In this document: piece by piece, positions 11,784 to 25,300 of the stretch | Numbering within the stretch: the first letter of the stretch is position 1 | How the letters are laid out: each line of letters opens with the position of its first letter | DNA from: Camelus dromedarius | Taxonomy: Eukaryota | Reading direction: 5' to 3' | Assembly: GCF_036321535.1 (NCBI RefSeq) | Contig: NC_087436.1 | Span: forward strand, 76,448,001-76,512,000 | Length of the DNA stretch: 64,000 bases | Notes under the pieces: model-generated | What the model saw: the letters and a program-made list of their open reading frames with translations, nothing else | Databases searched by the model: none | What the model was told of the DNA's origin: nothing | Translations under genes and position numbers: made by a program

Positions 11784-14045
11784 AGCTAGTTTCCAGCAGA
11801 TCTCCAGTTCACGCTCAACTCCTAAAACACAAGCACTTTTTCTACAGGATGTTCACATTTTGGTACATGGAAGTAAAGTGTTAAGTATCCAGTGAACAGT
11901 TCTCAGAGAACATTTGTGTTCTAGACTGATCATTAACCCTTTTATTATTATTCTAGTCTGTCCACATTGTCCAATACATCTAAATAATACTTGAAATTTT
12001 AAAAATGCTTCCCCTTTAGAACAGCCATTACATTCAGACATCACTCTCTTTTTGTGACTTACGAATATTTTTTGTATTGTAAACAGGATGAACTTCTGCA
12101 TGTTGTTCACTCATGTTTTATGTACCACATTGATATTAAAAGTTTTTGAAACTCCAGTTCAAACCCTCTTTGCCTGCCAGTTGTAAGATGTAAGCTTTTT
12201 AATGTTCTGGCAAAAATTAGGGTAGAATTCTGACTTTTTCGAAGTTTGGTAATTTGGTTTTATTAGGGAATTATTAAATAATTTGGGGAAATTTCTCTCA
12301 CAAGTTTTGCAAGTAATGGAAAGTTTTACTATTCAGTTTTCTTTCCAACTTCTATTCCTGAATATCCCTTATTTGACCCTTTCTTCTCAAGTACTATTTC
12401 TTTCTCTTTCTTGTACTTTTACCCTTCTAAAGTTTTCTTCATTGCTATCCTTTTTCTCAAAACTTTATCAGAGGAAAAGTCTTGTTGTATCCTACAGAAA
12501 CAACTCAAAATGCCACTGAGGGTATTAAAGGCCATAGATCTAAATCAGAAGTGCTATGATTCCCAAGTAATTTAAAGGAGAAATTTTATAAGATGGATCT
12601 GAGAATGAGACATTTGCTTTCCCCATACAGTTTGTGCCAGTAGCTAAAGACAAACAGTGAGTATCAGAGGACATATGAGGCCAAATACATTTACATAACT
12701 CCAAGACACATTTTCGTTTTTATTTTTACACTGATGATTTGAGAAATATCACTTCTGTTTTGAATATACTTCTTATGGCCAATTTTGCTTATTCATGTGT
12801 GTTTAAACTTGGGGTTTATGCAGTGTGTATCTGAAACTCAAGCTAGCATATCTCCTGGAAAAGAAGTGATGACTCCTTTCCAAAGAAAAGAAGGAGCATG
12901 ACATTTTTTGCTTAAGGTCTATGGCACTAGACAGAAATTTATATTAGTATCAAACTGCTGTAGCTCTAAAAGGCTTTCAATCCCCACCTTCCTTTTAGAA
13001 GAGACATTGTCAGCTTAAAATTAATTACTAAAATGTGAAACAAATCAAAAGACAAAACAAATCAGGCTGTTAAGGCAAACATTAAAAATCAAATTATGCT
13101 CTCAAAATAGGCAATTTACAGCTTGGAAGGGTAATTGGCAAACCTGAAATGCATACAAATAGTTGAAATTACTGACTCAAGCGGTATATTACCTATTGGA
13201 GGGTATGATGTGACAATGACTCTTGAAAAAGTGTAGAGATTCTATCATTTTTCATGATTTAACAGCAAAATATGGTATAGTACTCTGTTTAAAAGAGTCT
13301 GAAGGAGGATTAAATTGAAGAAAGAGCTTTAGCTGAAAGAGAAACGGGCATTGAAGCTGTATGTCAGGAAGAAGCATGGATTGGTTTTCAAGTTTTACAG
13401 CCCTGTGTTAAATGACTGCAACCACTGACCGCAGTGTTCCAGTAAATCATGTAAATAGGTTTACCTTACTGGTTTTGGAAAATAGGACATGACGCACCCA
13501 ATCTGACAGCTGAGCTATCAAATGTGGTGTTTAGAAGCATCTCAGGGATAAAGTTCCCTGAACAGTTACACATTTATTCACCCAATCCCATTTCAAATTC
13601 TAAAACAAAAGTCATTTTCTGCAAATTTAGGCATTTTCATATTGCCAACATATTCCTTTGTATATTGGGAAAAAACCAGAACAATTGTTCCCTTGAAATG
13701 GCTGTATTTACCATTGTGATAGCAGCAATGTGGGGTAGGAGACAGCAGCCAAAGATGGCACAGAGCACAATTTTAAATGTCAGGACAGGGGCCAATCCCT
13801 ATGTGTTTCCAATAGATGTTATTTTTTCTTGGGGCTGCTTACCTATTCTGTCAGCTATAGTCCACTGTTATCTCTGTCTTTGGGTTTCTTTGAACTGTGT
13901 CATTCAGTATCCCCTTCTCAGGACCTGCAGACAGACTCAGTCACAACCAGATTGTCTCAGCTTGGGCTAATCAATATTCTTATGACTTGTAAGGTCACTA
14001 ATTTTAACATATGTTTGACATAACCTAGACCAGACAGAGTTGTGT

Positions 14046-15340
14046 TTTTTTTTTTTAACAGCTTTATTGAGGTATGACTAACATACAGTAAATTGTTTAT
14101 ATTTAAAGCATGCAATTTAAAAAGTTTTGACAAATGTTTATACCTGTGAAATAATCGCTGCAATCGAGATAAGAACATAGTGTCACCCTCAGATTTTTTT
14201 CCTGGTGTCCCTTTCAAATCCTTTCTTTCCATTCCTTCTTACTCCCTCTCACCAGGAAGCTACTGAGAAAATCTTTATCACTGTAGATTAGTTTGTCTTT
14301 CTAGAATTTTATACAAACAGAACCATACAGTGACATTCTTGTCTTGTCTGGATTCTTTCAGTCAGCATAATTATTTTGAGATTTATCCATGTTATTGTGT
14401 ATATTGTTGCTTATTCCTTTTCATTGAGTAGCATTTAATTGTATGGAAAGAGCATAGTTCGTCCATCTATATTCATCTCTCAATGGATATTTCAGTGGTT
14501 TCCAGTTTGGTGCTCTTAAAAATAAAACTACTATGAACATTCATGTATCAATGTTTCTGTTGATGTGTGCTTTCTGTTCTCTTAGGAAAATATCTAGAAG
14601 GGGAATGGTTGGATCATATAGTAGTTATATTTTTAACTTTTAAAGAAACTGACATACTGTTTTCCGAAGTAGTTTTTGCCATTCTTATCAACAGTGTATA
14701 AAGTTCTAGTTCTTCTGTATCTTCTCCAAGGCTTAGTATGATTAGTTTTTTTAAATTTTAGCCATTTAAATTGGTGGGTAGTAGTTTAATGTTGCTTTAA
14801 TTTGCATTTTCCTATTGATTAATCATGTTGAACATTTTTTCATGTTCTGATTTGATTTTTTATATTTTCTTTAGTAATATGGCTGTTAAATCTGCTGCCC
14901 ATTTTTAAATTAGGTTGTTTGTTTTCTTCTTGTTGAGTTTTAAGAGTTCTTTGGATACATCTCCTTTATCAGATATATGCTTTGCAGATATTTTCTTTCA
15001 TTCTCTGGCTTGCTTTTTGTTCTCCTGAAGTTATGAAGAGCAGAATTTTTTAATTGTAATGAGGTTCAATATATCAATTTGATTTTTATGGATCATTCTT
15101 TTTGCATCATATTGAAAAATCTTTGCTTACCAAAAGGCACAAAGGTTTTTCACTTAAGTTTTCTTCTCACAGTCTTATCATTTGCAGTTTTATGTTTAAG
15201 TTCATGATATACTTTTAGTTAATTTGTGTATGTGGTATGAGGTAGAGGTTGAAGTTTTTTTTTTTTTTTTTGCATGTGGATGTCTGACGGTATCAACATT
15301 ACCTGATGAAAAGACTGTCTTTTCTCCCCTAAATTGCCTT
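14046..15340 (-). mobile_element. L1MB-like 3' end
   Basis: Poly(T) then aacagctttattgaggtat..., followed by antisense ORF2 C-terminal text (gttgctttaatttgcattttcct; cctttatcagatatatgctttgcagatattttct). Confidence 0.88.
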
Positions 15341-16279
15341 CCTAGCAGAGTTCTTAATGAGAACTCACAGCCAAAAAGATACTCACTAAACAATATTTGA
15401 ATTATAGCATAAATAAATTCAGGAATCACATTAGTTTTCAATAGAGTGTAAAGAAGTGTTTATAGATCTACCGTGCAAGAATTCGTTTAAGTTGACCACC
15501 AGAGACTTTGATAAAGGTTCTCTAGCATAATCAGCATTTAGAAAATGTTTGTGGAAAAGTGAATGAATAAATGCACAAATAATTCACCTAGTAGAATGTG
15601 TAGGTCATTTTTCTTAGTTCTGCTGTCTAAGCCAGTAATTCTTTCCCTTTATCTTTTTATAACTGCTAATACCAATAGACATTGTGCTTGGAATTTATCA
15701 AGTTTTTCTACAGAGACTGAGGGTCTAGGGATTTGATAAAATTTGACCACTTTCTTTGTATTTTTTGACTCCATGTTTTACAATGTTCCTAAAAATGTCT
15801 GCAGCAAATTGAGTCCTAGTTGCCAACAATGGCAAAAAACTAATTAGTATACATTTATGAATTTTTATTTACCCTTCCTTGCTCACTTTCCCCATTCCTT
15901 CACTTTTGCTTCCCTGATCAGTCCCCAAAAAACTATTTGAACGTAAGTTCTGGTCTTAGGATCTGCTTTTGAGTAAACCCAAAATTCATGGATGAATTAC
16001 TGGCACAATTCTTCTGAAAAGCTGCCAAACCCTGACTATGGAATTAAGTATTTAATTCTTTGGCAAATTGATGAAAACCTAGCTAACTTCAATTTTGTAA
16101 TATTGATTTTAGACAAAATTAAAAATAGTTTGTTATGCAAACAATGATGCTTAAAATGTTTTATTTTTATTGAATTTCTCTATGTGAATCTTTGTAACGT
16201 AACCATGTTTAAATGCTTTGCAATATTTGTTTTATATGTAAGAATCCAAATCCTCTTCAGTCTTAATATAAATATAAAT

Positions 16280-16397
16280 ATAGCCATTATTTTATAATAA
16301 CTATAAATGGAGTATGACCTTTAAACATTTTGAATCACTATATTGTATACTTGCAACTTATATAATGTATATCAACTATAGTTTATAAAAAGAAAAA
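16280..16397 (+). mobile_element. Short artiodactyl L1 3' tail
   Basis: tattttataataactataaatggagtatgacctttaaa...gaatcactatattgtatac...tcaactata then A-rich tail. Confidence 0.7.
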
Positions 16398-17318
16398 AGG
16401 ATAATAAGTATTCAATTTAAAATAATACGATTAAAAATTAGGCTTAGAACAAAATTCTATTTGGCGTAAAAATGCTATATTGTTATTTGCTTTATTTCTC
16501 TGACTATTTCTGGGTCTTAGACAATATCTTGAAAAAATTCTGTAGCTATAGACTTTCACAGAAGCCAGGCCAAAAAAATTGAAAGGAATAGGATAGACAG
16601 TAATAGATAACAGATACAGTACATATTAAATTACTTATATATTTGTAGTGCTGATTTAATGCTTTAATGTTTAATATCTATTACATATTTTGTATTTCTT
16701 AAGCCTATGGCTGATTTTAATGCCAACATTATGGTTTCTACTTTGATTTTGCTTAAGAGACAGGATTTGATTTCTTGTGTCATCTCCCCAACCTCTTAAT
16801 ATAGTGATGCTCCCCAAATTGGGATTTCAGCTTATCTCCACTCAGGGTCTTATGGTTTAATTACAACTATTGATTTTTTTGGCTGTGGTTTTGCTCATTA
16901 TATATTCTTTTTTATTTAGTTGGATAGCATTGTCATTGGTTTGTTCACTCAGTTTTTCCAATTATTTTTATGCACTTTGAGTTTAATCAATTAATTTTCC
17001 AAGCTGTAAATTATCCATTTTGAGATTGCAATTTGTTTTTAATGTATGTCTTAACATCATGATTTGTTTCATGTTTGTAATTAATTTTGAGCTTTGAAAA
17101 TAAAATTACATGACAAATCATTATGGGCAATGCCACCACCATAGACGGCAAAGATGAAATTTGTCATATAAGCAAACTTTCTTTTTACTTTGATGCTTTT
17201 TAGGAAAGTTTCAGCAATTAGAAAAGAGTGAGAGTACATCATGTCAGTCAGGATAAATAGCAAGCACATTTATACATTAAAGCAGCACTATTAATATCTA
17301 AGTAATTATAATATGTGC

Positions 17319-17835
17319 TACATCAGTTATCTATTACTGCATAACAAACCACTCTAAAACTTAGATGCTTGAAACAGTAACAATTTATTATTTTTCACAA
17401 GTCTGTGGGTCAGATGGGCTGTTGTGTTGATCTGAGCCAGACCTGTGGATCTTGACTGGGTTTGCCTAGCATCAGTGTTAAACTGACAGGTCAGCTAGGT
17501 GGATCTGCTTCTGGGAACTGGCTGATGTTGGGTGAGGCAATGATGCTACTCTGCTGCATCGCTCTCAGCATCTAGCAGGCTCGCCAGGGCTTGCTGATCT
17601 GGCAGTTCCCGGGCTCGAAGGGCAAGAGTGGAATCATGGAAAACCCCTTGAAACCTTGGCTTAGAATGGGCACAAAATTTCCTCCACTTTCTATTGGCCA
17701 AATCAAGTTAAAGGACAGCTCAGATGTAAGGGATGGAGAAATAGAGTCCTCTTAATGGAAGAGGTGGCCAAGTTATTTTGTAAGGGACTTAGTTCCAGAA
17801 GAGGAAGAATTGTGGCCATGTTTTCAATCTGCTCT
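17319..17835 (-). mobile_element. MaLR LTR (MLT1G/H-like)
   Basis: atcagttatctattactgcataacaaaccactctaaaacttag...ctattggccaaatcaagt...ggaagaattgtggccatgttttcaatct. Confidence 0.8.
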
Positions 17836-18032
17836 TCTCAAGTAAGTCTAGTCTCCCAGCCAACCTTTCAGTTTTCAAGCTTTTCATGAATATTCTTTTT
17901 CTACCTCTCCTCTAAAAATAGATATTTTGTGTCTGCAGATGTATTATTTATTATTTAATATTTCAGAGATCCCTATATTAAGTTACTTATATTTTCCTTG
18001 TGAAAGTTGTGGCAGTCATTAACAGTACGTAA

Positions 18033-18073
18033 TAAGAAAGTTTAAATAAATAGTAAGAAAGTTTAAATAAATA
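18033..18073. repeat. Tandem duplication, 21 bp period
   Basis: taagaaagtttaaataaata g taagaaagtttaaataaata. Confidence 0.9.
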
Positions 18074-18194
18074 AATTTTGTGACCTTTTGGAGGTAATAA
18101 ACACCAGTTACTATTTAATGTGGAACTAAAATTTGTCATATAAACCTGAAACTATAGTTTTAAATTTGTTCACTCTCAAGTTAGATTTCATTGA

Positions 18195-18412
18195 TTAAAT
18201 GCCAACTCCATCACTTACCAGTTGTGTGATCTTGGGCAAGTTATTTATCCTTTTTGTGCCTGAGTTTACTCATCTTTAAAATAATTGCTTTATTTATAAA
18301 TAAATTTATAAAATAAAATATATGCTTTATACTTTTCTTTTAGGGTTTAAATTAGGTAAGTATGTAAAGTGTTTAGAACAATGCCTGATACACAGAAATA
18401 CTCAGTATATGA
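18195..18412 (+). mobile_element. MIR SINE
   Basis: cacttaccagttgtgtgatcttgggcaagttattta...tgcctgagtttactcatct...tatgtaaagtgtttagaacaatgcctg. Confidence 0.85.
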
Positions 18413-18604
18413 AAGATACTATTTTGATCATTAACTGAAGGACTGTAGTTGCCTAGCAGTTGATCATCCCTTCTCCTGTATTTTGTGGTTTCTGTAGCAG
18501 AATGTAACTCATTGGGAGAATAAATATTTTGGAATTCAGTAAACATTACAGATTGGGAAACTTGACTCATAAAATGTTCAATTTGTATTGAAATGGAAAC
18601 AATT

Positions 18605-18710
18605 AAATTTGATGTAACAGATACCTGAACATTTCCTGCAGTGTTAGTCCTTGTGATAGATGCTGCTGATAGAAGGAAAAATAAGACATAGTCCCAGCTT
18701 TAAAGGAGCC
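18605..18710 (-). mobile_element. L2 3' end fragment
   Basis: tagatgctg...aataagacatagtcccagctttaaaggagc. Confidence 0.5.
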
Positions 18711-21303
18711 AAAAGATTCCCCATACTTGTCCTTTCCCAGGGTACCAGACTGAGCACAATATTTCTTTCTAAAGTGGTTCCTGGGCATATTTTATGGTCA
18801 TATATGAACAACACTATTTGAAATTACTTTTTTTTCCTGTTGTCAAAAGGGAAGAAAGATGACATTGTAAAACTGGGATAGGTTGTATCGTGGGAGCTGG
18901 AGGTGGGCTGTGTGTTAAACAGATTGCAAGCACCTTTTTGGATTCTCTGAGGAATGCTTTCCCGAGTATCTGAAGTACATGATAATGAAGAGAAAGGATT
19001 TAAGAGTGAGAAAGAATACCAGCCAGTAAACCAGAAGGACAGTGGGAGAGAAAGAGAATATACATTTGAATTAAGTCGGGAAGGGAGTAGAAGGAGGGGT
19101 AGTTGATGATGGAGATGAGTTCCATCTTCTAGAAAATGAATGAGAGAAATATAGTGTGCTGACTTTTATATGTATATGTCACCTTCAGAGAAAACTACAG
19201 AACATTTCCAAGAAAATTTAGGAAAGCAAAGGTAAATACTAACTAAAATGTGTTATTCTAAACCACAATAATTATTAAGAGCATTTTTGAGATTTTTTTT
19301 TAACTTTCTGAAACATCGACCTTCCCGAGTGTTCATTTAGTAATTGTTATCAATCATAGTGACAGTGTTATTAATATAATTAGTAAAACAATCATTAAAT
19401 TTCTGTAGCAGTCCCTAGGTTACCAACCACACGCACAGTATCTCAGTTTGATACCAACCTCAGGCTGTTTCCCAGTAAAGATCAAATAGGAAAGTCCCCA
19501 AAGGAAAGAGCCTATGTGCTTTTGTTGAGAGGAGTGGCCTCTGCCACCAATTCCAAAGGTAAAAGAAACCCAAGGGTTAGAAACATAACACAAATATTAT
19601 GTTTGATAATAGATAACCATTTCCCAAATACGTGATGTTTTTATTTTTCAACAAATCCAATCATAGGCAAAGCAAAATCTAAAGTATTATATACCTATTT
19701 GTGAAAGGATTGCAGGCATATGTGTTTCTTCTTATTTTTACTCTATTCTTTAGTAATAAACTTGAATCAAAAATTTCATCATAGGAAAATAATAGTTACC
19801 TTAGTCATTTGTAAAATGGTTCTCTTATCAAATCAGAGTTTTATTTAAATATCTTTAAATGGGATATATAAGTGAGATGTTTTAATGTGAAAATTTGATA
19901 GCATATTATACATCTGACAGGGTGGTAGTGTATTTTGGGGACTTCAGAAGATGATTTTTTTTAAGATCTCTACCACTATGTTAATGCTCCCCAAGTTTCC
20001 ATTAGGAAAAAATTTTAAATAGATGAGAAATAGAAGGATGATAGGGGAAAGTGGGGCAAACTTGAGAAAGAGAGATGCTTGCTATCTAATTTTAGCTGTT
20101 AGATATACAGTTTATAGTTTTATTTTGAGGAAATGCCATCTTTAGTACTCAATTTTTCTTTCAACAACAACCAAAGATAGTGTTCACTTTGCTATAATTC
20201 TCTTCACTTGCCTTATCTATGTTATCTTTCTCTACCACACATTTATGTTAGGCAGCTTAGACTTACTACAAAATAGAAATACATTTCTTAGCAGCTGTTA
20301 CCATAATTCTAAAAATACACTTTTTTTCTTACAGGATTTCAGACCTTCTGGGCTTCTTCCCAGTGCTAAATCCTGTCGACTGGATTTACTAGGATAAGGA
20401 GAGAAAGAAGTGTTATATTTTATGATAATTTCTTTTCTACACACCCTGAAAGGTAATAATTCTGGCATTTTACAAAGCATGTCGATTTAGCTTCCTTAAT
20501 GCTTTCTCCCAAATGTTTGCTCTCCTGTTTTATCTTAACCTTTCACCTTCTTACATAGTCATTGTTTAATTATTGAGAATCATGAACTCATTGGAAAGAA
20601 TACGTTCAGAACTAAAAAGTTGAGTATGTCTTTGCGCAGGGCAGATTTGAACAGCAGTGCCACTTATGTTTGGGATATGCTAAGCTAAACTTCCAGTCGT
20701 GCTGCTAAGAGAGAGTAATTTCTGCCCAGAAAAGGCTCAGCCTCTCCTGGAATTTAATGTTATGCCACCAAGTCTAGCATATTGTTTTGCTTTTCCAAAA
20801 TAGCAAGTGAATTAATTACCTAACGATGATGTAATGAAAAGTCCTAGGAAGTGACATCCTTCTGGAGACTTTGTTGACAGTCAAACAGTGCACAATGACA
20901 GGGTTGTGGAGAAGTGAGAGAAGACTCTCACCTCCACCTCATCCCGACAAAATCCTTCCCCCAACACACACACTCATGCATACGCTCGGGCACATGCTTG
21001 CACACACACCACTCTGGCTACGCCCATGGTGAGCACCCTTATTCAACTTCTACTCTTACAGGATACAAATAATTGGAATTTGTGTAGTTGGCAGTTAAAC
21101 TCCCCTTTTCCAAAGAGCTTTCCCTTTCTCTCTTCATTTTCTGTCAGTTAATCTGAGCTTTTTTTGTTCGGCTGAAGGAAGATAAGGAAAAAAAAATGTT
21201 TCTCAGCTCTATTTAATCACTGGCAAGCCAGCATTGGAGCTACTGCTTCATGAAGACTGCCAAAAACACGACCTAGTTATTGCTCCTTTTTGTGGCATCT
21301 TAC

Positions 21304-21442
21304 CGTGTGGTTTGTGGCACTTTGGAACACAAATTCACAGTTACCAGAAGTTAGGTTTATCGCTATTGCAAAGCCACTGAGTTCTGATCCAGAATCTCAC
21401 AAACTGGTGCGTGCCCACGCAGATCTAGCCTGTCCAGATAGA
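21304..21442 (-). other. Candidate non-coding/UTR exon (139 nt)
   Basis: Minus-strand acceptor tttttcctcctgttcAG and donor ACG|GTAAGA; stop codons in all three frames. Confidence 0.3.
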
Positions 21443-21959
21443 CTGAACAGGAGGAAAAATGCCATGCCAAGAAGGAAGGAACTGGGTCCTAATTAATCAG
21501 AAACAAATAAGTCATTTTAATGGTGATGTTGAAGGAGATAGAAATGTATTCTTATGGGAACCCTATGTTCCACCAGGATGACACTGTGAAATTATTATAC
21601 TGCCAGTTATTGTCACTAAGTTGTGGAATACTGAAAAAACAAATGAGTCATTTGGAGTGTGTTCTTATTTTTTGTTTTTATGTTTTAATGCACTTCAAGA
21701 TGTAACACAGCTTCATGATCTCTTTTATTTTTCTTTTCCCTTACACTCCATTTCAAAATGATCCCTAATTAGCAGACGGGTGAATATGGAAGCATCCACT
21801 TTATCTGCAGAAATCAATTATAAAAAAGTGACAAACTACACTCAACACGCAAAAAGTTCAGGAGACTTTAAAGTGGGGAAGTCCAACTCATTGCCAAAAA
21901 AATTTAAAAAGAAAGAGATTTGACTGTCACTAGGACTATTTTGTTCAGTAAATGTTTAT

Positions 21960-22305
21960 GAAGCATTTGCACTTTTCTTCTTCTGTTGCTCATTTCATTT
22001 CTCCTGCCTGAAATATCCTCTACCCACTGCCTTCTCCTGAAGACCAAACCCGAGAATCATCTATGTCCTGAAACTTTCTTTAATTGCCTTTTTCTCCTAG
22101 CCCCTCAGCCTTTCTGTCTCCTTCCACCAGAACACTCCACTATTTTATTTATGTATTCATCTTAAAAACACATCCCGTGGTACCATTTTGAAGTCTTCTC
22201 CACCGGTAAGAGTTAGACCTGTCTTATTCACCTTTGTGGATTTTTTTTTTTTTTTTTACAGTCTATTGAATCTGGTAGTGGTTCAGTAAAATATTATGTT
22301 GAATT
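21960..22305 (+). mobile_element. L2 fragment
   Basis: ttctcctgcctgaaatatcctc...cctgtcttattcacctttgt...gttcagtaaaatattatgttgaat. Confidence 0.5.
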
Positions 22306-25300
22306 TTAAATGTGTTCTAAGTTTTCCGGCACCTTGTTGAACACTCTGGCATAGTAAAAATGGATCACATATTTTCTTTGCAAACAGTTTAAAATTTGCA
22401 TTTTTAATGAGTGAGAGCTGATGGAATTGTGACAGGACATGAAATTGTTTGGTGGGTTCAGAATGAAGCTATTAATAGCTTGTCACATAATTCACTGTGA
22501 AGTGGTTGTAGGACCTTCACTAAGTAATAAAGAAGTTGGGAATTTTCAAATGAGAGAGTATCAGGTAACCTGACTTCTGATGAACTAGAAATAACAACCT
22601 CCAGGGAGCTCTCTTTAGCAAGAGATTTTACCACAAATGGTTAAGAGAGGGTCAGCCTCTGTCTTCCTTCTTTCTGCAGTATGTTCTGAGATTGGTTTTT
22701 TTTTCATTGTTTTGCCAGAGAACTATATTAGAACAATATGAACAATGATAATGGGGAATTCCATGGGGAAATCTGGAAATTTTGGCCTTTTTATTTATCG
22801 GTATTGCACTTGCATTAGCTTTCAGAGTTTGCAAAAGAAAATGTAACCATTTTAAACAAAGCAAAGAAAAGGACCATATTTGGAGAAAGGGATAATAGAA
22901 ATCATCTGAAACTAGAGAATTTAAAAATACAGTGTAATAAGCTTAAAACTTGTTTGATACTTGACACGTTTGTTCAAGATGAAAAAAAAAAATGAATGAT
23001 TGGATCGTTAGGATTTAGTTGGTGGAAATATTTTTGTGACTTCCTGAAAATAGAGCTGTTATATAGGACATGAATTGGCATTCAACTTAATATTTTCAAC
23101 TACTGAATAGAATCTGGGAATAATTTCTGTTTTGAAATTTCCATAGTATTTATGAATTATGACAACTGTATTGCCAGGCTCACAAATAAGTAGTTGTTAA
23201 ATAACAAGATAAATGTATTAAAATGAAATGCATTTTAAAATAAGCTCTCTATTCTCTTAATACCTACACTTATTTTCACCTTATCATATTTATTTTGGTA
23301 TGTTCGATTCTGCATTTATTTTTGTAAAGCTACCTCCCAATCTATATATCTGTGTATATATATATGTTATGTATCTCTCTATATAGCATACTCAATATAT
23401 AAGATAGATGCTATGTTCCAGTACATCTTATATCATAAAAAGGTGCTCAATAAGAGTTAAATTAAGTAAGTAAATATTGAAGAGCATTGAGCTTAGACAG
23501 ATCTAAATATAATTTCACATCAGAAAGTGAGCTATGTGAAAAATAATGAATGAGATTTGAGGTGACAATTTCAAATTTCCTAAAAAATCAATTTTTGTGC
23601 AGTAACAACTTTAGGGGACATTAAAAAGCAGTGCTTTACCTATTATTTTTTGCTGACATGAGTGAATTAAAATCTCAAAAGAAAACTACATGGATGAAAT
23701 GATCAACTCTCCACGTCTGTTTCCCGGATTTCTAATCTAATCATTAGGTGGTTTAAAGAAAAACCCAAGACCTATCTCTAGTTTAGTTTGTATCCTGAAT
23801 AGCCTTCTTCAACTGTCTAGGATACACACAACTTTTGCTCTGCTGTAGTGGTATATTTTCCTTACATTCATTCAAAAGGAATCTTGTGATCTCACTCCAA
23901 CTAGGAGACATGTGTTATTGCAGTCACAAGCTGAGAACTACAATTTAATAATCAATAACTGGCAAAGGAAAATAATTTTTAAAAACTCTCCAAATAAATG
24001 ATTTAACTAAGAAAAAGAAGCCAAAAAATGACAAAATGAATCCCAGAATAACTTTTAGTTAAAAAATAAAATGAACAAGTCTCAAGTGGTGTATTTAAAC
24101 TTGGGCTAAGGTTTAGAAGACCCTGTTTCTTTCTTGCTCTTGGGCCTATCATGGACCTTGGTATAACCAGTATGTTCTGTTTTCAAAGGCAGGTACATAG
24201 CAACATACAGTGACATTATATTGGCATAACAGTTTGCACAGTATCTTTCTTATAATAGTGTACTTTTTATATAGCATATCAGGTTTAGGATACCAACAGG
24301 ACATACGACAATAGAAGCATGAAGAAAATTTGTACCAGAATTTTGTGCTGAGTTTTATGCAATTTGTTTCCAAAAGCTATGAGGCTAATTAGAAAATCTG
24401 ACAGTAAATTAGTAAAAAGTAATGATTCTTAATATATAAAACCTTTAATGTGCCCACAAATGGACCCCAGAGAGGTGATAGGACTCACAGTCCTTGCTTC
24501 TCTGTATAAATGCACTCTGACTACCCTCCATGGTTTTAGAACAAATCACACAGATTAAAATGAATGGTACTGCACATATGTCTCAGGCAGATTATAGTGA
24601 AACACCAGATCCACTAGAGCCGCGTGATGACGGAAATCCAGAATTTAAATCAAACCATGTTGGTATTTTGTAAGTGTTGATTATTGGATAAAGAGTTATT
24701 ATTTAGACTACTGCTGAGGGTTCAAAAATAGGAAGTTTCATAGACTGACTTTTATGCACCCTAAAATAATTCTAAAATCATCTACAGAAAAAGGACTAAG
24801 CATACCTGAACAAAAACTGTCTTGAAGATTTCGATTAGAAAGGAGTGTTAGTCTTTAGCCACAGGTTGCTGACCTTCAAAGGAAACTAAAATTAAGAGCA
24901 CTTTGTTTTGCTAGGTTCTCTGCTCCTGACATTTACAGTTTTGGGGAAGTTGCTTATCATAACTTGCGATACTCTTTCTTCCTTTCTCTGTATTGTATGT
25001 GTGTGTATGTATGTGTAACACTGGTGAGTGCACAGTGGGGCTGCATGCAAATACATGCATAACATGTAGATGTAAATATGTAGTTTCTGAATGTACTTTT
25101 AGGAGATTCAGAACCAAAGCATGGAGAGAGAAGTAATGCGTAGTTGGAATGGTGTTGGAGTGTAAGGAGGACAGGAGAACTAGGGAGGAGAGAAAGCAAA
25201 CAATTACCCAGTGCTGGGCAACATTTAAGACAATGTGGAGGGTGGGGTGAAAACAAGTACCAACAATTGTGGTTGTTTCCAACTTGATTATGGCTGTTCT

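Noticed and set aside
13524..13970. Longest ORF in the track (148 aa)
   Set aside because: Non-ATG start, composition typical of random AT-rich DNA, no recognisable domain or exon structure.
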